DNA of 64,000 nt from a virus: the IMG/VR virus record IMGVR_UViG_3300010885_070871, positions 16,923-80,922 of that record; one strand, written 5' to 3'. The translations under genes were made by a program, and so were the position numbers. Positions within the stretch are counted from its first letter, which is position 1. Every line of letters begins with the position of its first letter. Of the stretch, positions 57,156-64,000 are shown in pieces. The notes under the pieces are model-generated. The model saw nothing but the letters and a program-made list of their open reading frames with translations. It was not told the origin of the DNA and did not search any database.

Positions 57156-60100
57156 TTGGCAAGAAAGATAATAAAACAAAACTCCTCATTCGGAGTATTA
57201 AGAGCTAATCCTAGAATCTCTGGTAATGTAAAAATAACCACAGATTCAAATGGAGATATTTGGTTAAACTCTATAGACTCTAACCAGGAAATGTCTAACC
57301 AAGCATATAAAGGATTTAGGGTATCCCCTGAATCTTCTTATGATAGGGATATTTATACTTTTTTTAAAAAGGGACAAACCCCATCTCAATTTGTTTTTGG
57401 GTTAGTTGGTGAAAGCGATCCTGTACAGAATCAAACGAACGATCTTGCAAGTACCTATAATTTCTTTTATTCTTCAGGTGTAACTCCTTTAATTTCTGAT
57501 AAGTACCCGGAGGATTTTTCTTATCTTGCTCCTTTTTGGTTAAGTGATGATATACCTGATTATTTTGTTATATTTAAAGTTAATGATCCAATAGATTACC
57601 CATATCAGATTCCTGTTACTTCAACGGAGATTGGAAAAACTTACAAGGTATTAGAGGATCCAAATGTAGATAAAAATGCACCAGGATATTTACCTTTTAC
57701 TGTAGATTACGGAACTTCTGAAACATTTACTGATGGTGATATATTCGTTGCTATAACTGTAAATTTTAATATAATACAAGGAAAAGGATCTATCATATTA
57801 TTAGATCCACTATATCATTTAAACGATGTAGAAGATACAGCATCACATTTCTATAATAAGATTTTACCTAAGTCTACTGTTGTTACAACTTTTGATTTAA
57901 CTGAAAATTCTAAAATAGGAAAATATTTAAGAAAAATTAAAACAACACCAGGATATAGCGATAGTCTTGTGGATGTAAGATTTGAAGAAAATCAAATTAC
58001 AACATTTAATGGCGTAAATTATTCAGTTGGTATTTTTGATAAAAAAGGTGATTTTTTATTTGATTATTTTACTACACCTCAAACACAGATAGGATTTGAG
58101 GATTTCATAACAGACGGGTTTAGAAGAAATGCAGTACTAAGCTATAAACTTCTTAATCTCGAATTTCTTTTTAACGATGGAGATTCTGAAGACTACACAA
58201 TAAATAGATATTTTGGTCTTTATGTCAATGCACCAGAACTTGCTTCTTTTAAAATAGACGGAAACACTCTATTCAAGGATCAAGGAAATTCTGGAAATAC
58301 TCCAGTACCTTTAAAAAACGAATATGGGTATTATTATCAAGAAACATCTTATTATCAATATAATGATAAAGGTGTTAGATTATTTATAGATCCTGATTAC
58401 ACTTCTGGGGTTTTACCAAATTCCAACGATACAAACATATCAGAACAAACTAAATTATTTTGGATAAGAGATAAATTTAATAGATTTTATTCATTAAAAA
58501 GAGATGAGAATTATTCTCTTGTTTCTCCTACTCCAACCGAATCAACTTATGGATTATCTGGTACTGAAAATGAGCTGGTAGTACAAAACATAACACTAGA
58601 TCTTTCAGTTTTAAGTGGAGCTGATAAAGAAACTAAAAAACAATATCCTGGTTTTTATACAGGAGAAAAAGGAAGAGCATATTCAGTTATAAGAATAGCA
58701 GGACAGTTAACTAATACAAATCAAGATGCTTTTGTTTTTTATCATCCATTAGGATCTCTAGGATTACCCGGAGGAAAATACGATTTAATAAAAACATCAG
58801 ATTTAAGCTCTTTAATAGATGAATGGGGTCCAGGAAGTTTTTATTCACAGGATAACACATATTATATTCATCCTTTTGGTACAAATGAAGAAATAGCTAA
58901 AGCTTTAACTGGAATGTTTAATAGTTTTAATTATAACTCTTTCGAAGCTTTTCAATCAGGAGACGAGGTTGTTATAAGAACTAGAGCCACTGGTAAAAAA
59001 GAAAATACAAAATATTATCTAGATTTTTTCCAAGATTTTTCGATACAACAAAGAATGCCGTATTCAAGAAAAGATACTGTATTTATAAACGAAAAAGATA
59101 CTGCTTATATAAATAAAAGACAATCTTTTGTTGGAGGATCTGATAATACATTTAATAGAGTAAAAGTAAAAATTGAGGATCTTAATAAAATAGAAGTAGG
59201 TAAAACATTTTTAGAAACAGTAAAAATAACATCCACTGACACTTACACAAATCTTCCTGAATATACAAATAGAGGTGCTTCGATAGTTACTGGTAAATTT
59301 AGATTTGTTGATCAATATGCTAGAGAAGAAAATGGAGAGATAGTAGGACTAAAAGATTTTGAAACACACGGAACAATAGAAGTTGAAACTAAAACAGAAA
59401 GAATTGCATTAGGATCAATTAGTAAAATATCTGCATTTGAAACTTATGAAGTACCTTTGGGAGTTTTCTCTTTCTATGGATTAAGAGAACTAGATACAGA
59501 TTTCTGGTTTAGTAATTATGGATATACTCCAACAGAAGAGTATTATAAATATCTAGATGTTCAACCTTCAGGAATAACTAAAATAGTTCCTGGAAAGTCT
59601 TATTATGTTTCTTCTGGAACAGAAATTCTTTATAATGGATTTAATGTAACAGGTCCTGACTTTTTCGAAGGTGTAGTTGGACAGGAATCTTATAACTTAG
59701 TTATAGGCTCAGATGTTTCTGAATCGAATGTTTATCCTACAATTTCATCCAGAGGCAATATAACATCACTGATAACAACTACAAATTTTGATAATGCTTT
59801 TTATCCAGACTTAGATTCTTTTCCAGGATTTTATGGAATACAAGCTCTTAAATTTATAGACAGTCAAAGTGCTAGTATAACTAAATTTTCTCAATTAAAT
59901 TTTGGTAAATTAGATTCTGAATATGATTATACTTTTGATAATTATAACCCTGATTTTGCAATAAAGAGTAGAGTAGTTCCTTACATAACTAAATGGACAT
60001 ATAGAGGTGGAATCGATATAAGAGGAAATGATTACAGATTAAATTCTAATATAGCTTTTAGTCCTCTGAACTTTTCCCCTAGCTTCTTTAGAAGAACACA

Positions 60101-62765
60101 GGATCCTCAATATTTCACACATGAGTGGTATAATCTTCAGAGGCCTCCTTATTCTTTACCTGAAGAGAATCTTCATAAAGATAAGAGTTATTTATCAAGT
60201 GAAATAAACGAAACATTATTATCTGATGCAAATCCTGCATTAAGAGATTATTTTTTAGATTATTTTTCTATAGAGGGAGAAGATTTAACAACATATTATC
60301 CAGGAAATCAGGATACACCAAACATAAACTTAACTGAAAGATATACTCTTTTTGATTTTAATACAGGTAATAAATTTTCAGAAACTCTATTTAAAGGAGC
60401 TAAAATAAGAATAAAAAGAAGTTTTACAGATTACGGACAAAATGAAACTGTAAGATATTTACAAGACGATAGATTTTATGATGGATATAAATTTTCTTGT
60501 GTTATTGTTCCTATTAGAAATATAGAAAATAAAATACAACCTCCTGTTAAAATTAAAGTATTAGAAAATAGAACTTTTAAAAATATAACATTTTTGATTG
60601 AAGTTTTAATAGAGGACTCTAGAGTTTATAATTTTGAAGAAATAAGTCCAGATAAACAATATCTAGATCTAGATTATTTTCTTCTTTACTCTCTAAAAGA
60701 TAAACTCTCTACTCTATATGCTTCTACTACTGTAAGCCCTTGGTTATTTACAGGACAAATAGAAATACCTAAAGTTGGAGATATAAAATTATCATCAGCT
60801 CTTAATATAACATCTACCCCAACATCTTCTGGATTATTTTCGTCAGTTAATGGATTTACATCAGGTGATGAGGGTGAAATTTATATTATACCAAATCCTG
60901 AATATGAAACGGATCTTAGAGATGAAATAAACTTTACTTATCTTCCTTCAACCGTTCCTGGTCCAACGAGTTCAACAGGTCCTGGATCATTCTATGGTAT
61001 AGTTGGATCTACTGGAACTGGATTTGGATATTCTATTCCTTTTCCTACCGGAGTTAAACAGGACACTATAAATTTCACTAATACATCTGCAAATTATACA
61101 TTTGATTTTACTGATATTTCTTTACCTGGTCCTTTAACTATACCAACTATTGCAGGATTTTCAATTGTTTCTAATGTACCTATTTACCAAAGAGATGGAG
61201 GAGTTAATTATTGGAGAAATCTATTAGAAAAAATATCTTTTGCTAATATATCTTTATGGATTAATACAGGATATCCATACATTGAGTATAAATCATTTAT
61301 TTGGGACGAGACAACTTCTACCACAAAAATACTCGATGATCAATTTGTTTTAGAATTTATAAAGCCTTCTGTTTTAGATCAGAATTCTATAATAATAACA
61401 CAAGAGATCTCAAATAAACCACCAGAATTAGATGTATTTAATATCGGTTACACTTCAGCTACAGTAAATGGAAATAGTGAACTTTATAGATATGGCGGAG
61501 AATATGTTCCTATCTTTAGGGAGATTCTAAAATTTGAAGATGTTAAATATGATATACCTAAATGGATAATTCCGAGCTTTTTTAATTTTGAAGTTAAAGT
61601 TGTAGATAAATTAGATGGATATGAAAATCACGATTTAGGATCTCTTTACTGTTATTCTATTAACGGGATTCCTCAAAATAAAATATCTTTAATAAAAGGT
61701 GTAACTTACACATTTGATCTTAGCGATCCAAGTAATTTAGGATATCAATTATATTTTTCTCAATCTGAAATTGGTAATTTAATATCTACAGATTCTCTTA
61801 CTCAGGGATATACTTTATTTGGTACTCCTGGAACAACTGGATCATATATTCAATATCAAGTTCCTTATGATTGTCCTGATAATATTTATTATGTTTCTCA
61901 AGGAGGAAGATACATGGGACAAAATATTAAAGTTTTAGATCCTATAGAATATTCATATTGCTCTTTTGGACCGGATAAGGACGACTTCGGTAAAGTTAAA
62001 AATGTAAACTATTATAAATACGCAAATCAATGGATATTTAGAATAGGAAAAAATTCTCCTTTTAATCCAGTTTATAATTTAATAGGAGAAACACCAGTAG
62101 ATAAAAGAGATCTTTCTCTTTTTGAAAGTTCTTGGGATCCTGGATTTTATAGAGAATATGATAGTCCGACTAACTATGTTAGTCTCCCAGGAACTAGGAG
62201 TATGAAAGAACAAAAATCTTTCTTCGGAAGTAAAGTAATGCAAACACCAGATTCAGTAAACGTTCAGAAACAATTAGTTTATCCAAGTTCATTAGAAAAT
62301 GTTTTAGATCTAAATTATGAAAATTATCCTAATTACGAAATACTTTGGGAAAACACACAAACTGAATTAAGAGGTGTTTTATTGATTGACAGAATGCTTA
62401 TAAGATATTTCTTAGATGATGGAGCAAAAAATACATTTGATGAATTTATAGTTCCTGAATTTGGATTTGGTACTCTTACTGATATTAATGATGATTTCAA
62501 TGAATACATGAAAGTAAATGTTATTCCTGCTTTTCAGTCAAAAGATAATGGAGGATTTTTAAAGAAAATACCTCTACAACAAACAACAGTTTTTTCTCCT
62601 GTTATCGGAGACTTTGCTGACTATCAGAAAATAATTAACGGATATTTTTCCTCACAAGAGATAAGATATACAAAGGTTAATGAGTTAAGATATGAGTTCA
62701 GAATACCAAAAGATCCTTCATTTAATTACTCCTTAGCATTTTCAATAAGAATAGGAAAAATTTAA
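57156..62765 (+). CDS. Large putative virion structural protein (TTG start)
   Basis: 1869 aa in the late operon; contains a GVTYTFDLSDPSN..GTPG..P..IYY..MG module. Confidence 0.6.
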   Translation: MARKIIKQNSSFGVLRANPRISGNVKITTDSNGDIWLNSIDSNQEMSNQAYKGFRVSPESSYDRDIYTFFKKGQTPSQFVFGLVGESDPVQNQTNDLASTYNFFYSSGVTPLISDKYPEDFSYLAPFWLSDDIPDYFVIFKVNDPIDYPYQIPVTSTEIGKTYKVLEDPNVDKNAPGYLPFTVDYGTSETFTDGDIFVAITVNFNIIQGKGSIILLDPLYHLNDVEDTASHFYNKILPKSTVVTTFDLTENSKIGKYLRKIKTTPGYSDSLVDVRFEENQITTFNGVNYSVGIFDKKGDFLFDYFTTPQTQIGFEDFITDGFRRNAVLSYKLLNLEFLFNDGDSEDYTINRYFGLYVNAPELASFKIDGNTLFKDQGNSGNTPVPLKNEYGYYYQETSYYQYNDKGVRLFIDPDYTSGVLPNSNDTNISEQTKLFWIRDKFNRFYSLKRDENYSLVSPTPTESTYGLSGTENELVVQNITLDLSVLSGADKETKKQYPGFYTGEKGRAYSVIRIAGQLTNTNQDAFVFYHPLGSLGLPGGKYDLIKTSDLSSLIDEWGPGSFYSQDNTYYIHPFGTNEEIAKALTGMFNSFNYNSFEAFQSGDEVVIRTRATGKKENTKYYLDFFQDFSIQQRMPYSRKDTVFINEKDTAYINKRQSFVGGSDNTFNRVKVKIEDLNKIEVGKTFLETVKITSTDTYTNLPEYTNRGASIVTGKFRFVDQYAREENGEIVGLKDFETHGTIEVETKTERIALGSISKISAFETYEVPLGVFSFYGLRELDTDFWFSNYGYTPTEEYYKYLDVQPSGITKIVPGKSYYVSSGTEILYNGFNVTGPDFFEGVVGQESYNLVIGSDVSESNVYPTISSRGNITSLITTTNFDNAFYPDLDSFPGFYGIQALKFIDSQSASITKFSQLNFGKLDSEYDYTFDNYNPDFAIKSRVVPYITKWTYRGGIDIRGNDYRLNSNIAFSPLNFSPSFFRRTQDPQYFTHEWYNLQRPPYSLPEENLHKDKSYLSSEINETLLSDANPALRDYFLDYFSIEGEDLTTYYPGNQDTPNINLTERYTLFDFNTGNKFSETLFKGAKIRIKRSFTDYGQNETVRYLQDDRFYDGYKFSCVIVPIRNIENKIQPPVKIKVLENRTFKNITFLIEVLIEDSRVYNFEEISPDKQYLDLDYFLLYSLKDKLSTLYASTTVSPWLFTGQIEIPKVGDIKLSSALNITSTPTSSGLFSSVNGFTSGDEGEIYIIPNPEYETDLRDEINFTYLPSTVPGPTSSTGPGSFYGIVGSTGTGFGYSIPFPTGVKQDTINFTNTSANYTFDFTDISLPGPLTIPTIAGFSIVSNVPIYQRDGGVNYWRNLLEKISFANISLWINTGYPYIEYKSFIWDETTSTTKILDDQFVLEFIKPSVLDQNSIIITQEISNKPPELDVFNIGYTSATVNGNSELYRYGGEYVPIFREILKFEDVKYDIPKWIIPSFFNFEVKVVDKLDGYENHDLGSLYCYSINGIPQNKISLIKGVTYTFDLSDPSNLGYQLYFSQSEIGNLISTDSLTQGYTLFGTPGTTGSYIQYQVPYDCPDNIYYVSQGGRYMGQNIKVLDPIEYSYCSFGPDKDDFGKVKNVNYYKYANQWIFRIGKNSPFNPVYNLIGETPVDKRDLSLFESSWDPGFYREYDSPTNYVSLPGTRSMKEQKSFFGSKVMQTPDSVNVQKQLVYPSSLENVLDLNYENYPNYEILWENTQTELRGVLLIDRMLIRYFLDDGAKNTFDEFIVPEFGFGTLTDINDDFNEYMKVNVIPAFQSKDNGGFLKKIPLQQTTVFSPVIGDFADYQKIINGYFSSQEIRYTKVNELRYEFRIPKDPSFNYSLAFSIRIGKI

Positions 62766-62781
62766 AGAGGTGAGAATTTTT

Positions 62782-62789
62782 GATATATA
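62782..62789 (+). promoter_or_regulatory. Putative late promoter GATATATA
   Basis: TGATATATAA upstream of ATG 62808. Confidence 0.55.
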
Positions 62790-62807
62790 ATACAACTATA
62801 AATATAG

Positions 62808-64000
62808 ATGCCACAGATTAATATACTAAATATTTTACAAGGAGACAATCAGTCTAACATTGTTGATAAAATAAACTACAACTTCGATCAGATCCTTAGC
62901 GCTGGTGGAGGTCCACAAGGACAACAAGGACTTATAGGTCCAACAGGACCAATTGGCCCACAAGGACCTCAAGGACCCCAAGGTTTACAAGGACCTTCTG
63001 GAACAAAATGGTTTGTCCAAGATTCTAGCCCAGCATCTGGAGCAGTTACAGGGAGCAATCCTTGGACGTATCCTTCAATAGGTGACTATTGGTTAGATCC
63101 AGATTCAGCAGATCAAGATGTTTATGTTTTCACTGCTACTGGATGGACTTACACAGGTTATGGATTGGCTGCAGGACAGTTATTTCAAAAAATATCCCCC
63201 GTAAATTTTAATGGTGGTGTAACAGGACAGGCTATTCTAATTGCAGGAACAGCTAGTCCGCAAGCAGTAGTCCTTTCAGATTCCAATATAAATGGTCTCA
63301 CTGGATACGTTCCTTCTGGAACCGCAATAGATAACATAAACTACGAAAATTCAAAGTTAAAAATTGCAACAAGAAACGATAGAACTAAGATAATTAGTTT
63401 TTCTCATTCCGAATTTGATGTTGTTAATACTTCTGGTGGTGCTTCTACAACAGGTAATTATACATGGAATCCTTCAATAGATTGGGATACTTCATCTCCT
63501 ATTAGTAGCTCTTTTTATGATATTACTTTTCAAAATCCAACAGGAGCAATATCAATAAGATCTTTAGGAAGTGTAAATGGAGGTATTAATCTTTTTGCAA
63601 ATCAAGAAATTAGTGCACAATCTGCTTCTGAAAATATAATTTTAAAAACATCTGCTACAAATAAAGGTACATTTGTAGATGCCTCAAACGTAGGTGGATT
63701 TTTAGAGCTATCAAATAATTCCCCTACTCCAGTTAATCAAGCTGATGCTCCTTTATTTGCTAATTCAACAGGGGTAGGTTTAGGATTAGGCACTGGACAA
63801 TTTACACAAACAGGAACAGATTCAAGAAGATTGGCTGTTAAAGGAAACACAACTATATCTAAAAATAATGGATATCACACACAAGCTCTTTTTACTGGAA
63901 CAGATGCTGGAACATTATATGTAGAAGGCAACGTTGGTATAGGACCTTTCACTACTCCTACAGGATCTCCTATAGGAGCAGCTACTACTGGTCCAGCTGA
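62808..64000 (+). CDS. Collagen-repeat tail fibre protein, truncated by the window end (not in the ORF track)
   Basis: MPQINILNILQGDNQSNIVDKINYNFDQILSAGGGPQGQQGLIGPTGPIGPQGPQGPQGLQGPSGTKWF...GDYWLD. Confidence 0.8.
   Translation, partial: MPQINILNILQGDNQSNIVDKINYNFDQILSAGGGPQGQQGLIGPTGPIGPQGPQGPQGLQGPSGTKWFVQDSSPASGAVTGSNPWTYPSIGDYWLDPDSADQDVYVFTATGWTYTGYGLAAGQLFQKISPVNFNGGVTGQAILIAGTASPQAVVLSDSNINGLTGYVPSGTAIDNINYENSKLKIATRNDRTKIISFSHSEFDVVNTSGGASTTGNYTWNPSIDWDTSSPISSSFYDITFQNPTGAISIRSLGSVNGGINLFANQEISAQSASENIILKTSATNKGTFVDASNVGGFLELSNNSPTPVNQADAPLFANSTGVGLGLGTGQFTQTGTDSRRLAVKGNTTISKNNGYHTQALFTGTDAGTLYVEGNVGIGPFTTPTGSPIGAATTGPA

Larger units (their letters stand above)
1..64000. mobile_element. 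Segment of a large myovirus-like (jumbo/huge) bacteriophage genome
   Basis: Baseplate, neck and spike genes (gp25-, gp6-, gp5-, gp13-, gp53-like), phoH, many very large orphan ORFs, no cellular housekeeping operons, low GC. Confidence 0.9.

Noticed and set aside
1-64000. Stop-codon reassignment as in some huge phages
   Set aside because: Code 11 already gives near-complete coding density with multi-kb ORFs; TAG (10468, 12698) and TGA end genes right at the next start

Overview
The window is AT-rich, densely coding DNA that reads as part of a large contractile-tailed (myovirus-like, probably jumbo/huge) phage genome, with a probable Bacteroidota host. It uses the standard genetic code, and I saw no tRNA, rRNA or CRISPR. 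Four modules run left to right. (1) 1-9.7 kb: small late-type proteins sharing a T4 capsid-targeting-like motif, a P-loop kinase + AsnB-type amidotransferase pair, a RimK ligase fused to a RimB-like protease, and an extremely acidic repeat protein. (2) 9.8-22 kb: a ~12 kb, 15-ORF glycan island with GT-A/GT2/GT10 glycosyltransferases, four SAM methyltransferases, GDP-fucose synthase, and KdsD + KdsA. (3) 22-24 kb: small hypotheticals and a Nudix hydrolase. (4) 24-64 kb: a tail/baseplate module (gp53-, gp27-, gp5-, gp13-, gp25-, gp6-, gp7-like and fibre proteins) interrupted by a ribosomal S1-like gene, a degenerate amidoligase and phoH. Two recurring upstream motifs look like two phage promoter classes: (G/A)ATATATA and GAAA(C/T)-N~18-TAA. 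All family assignments come from motif recognition by eye, not database searches.
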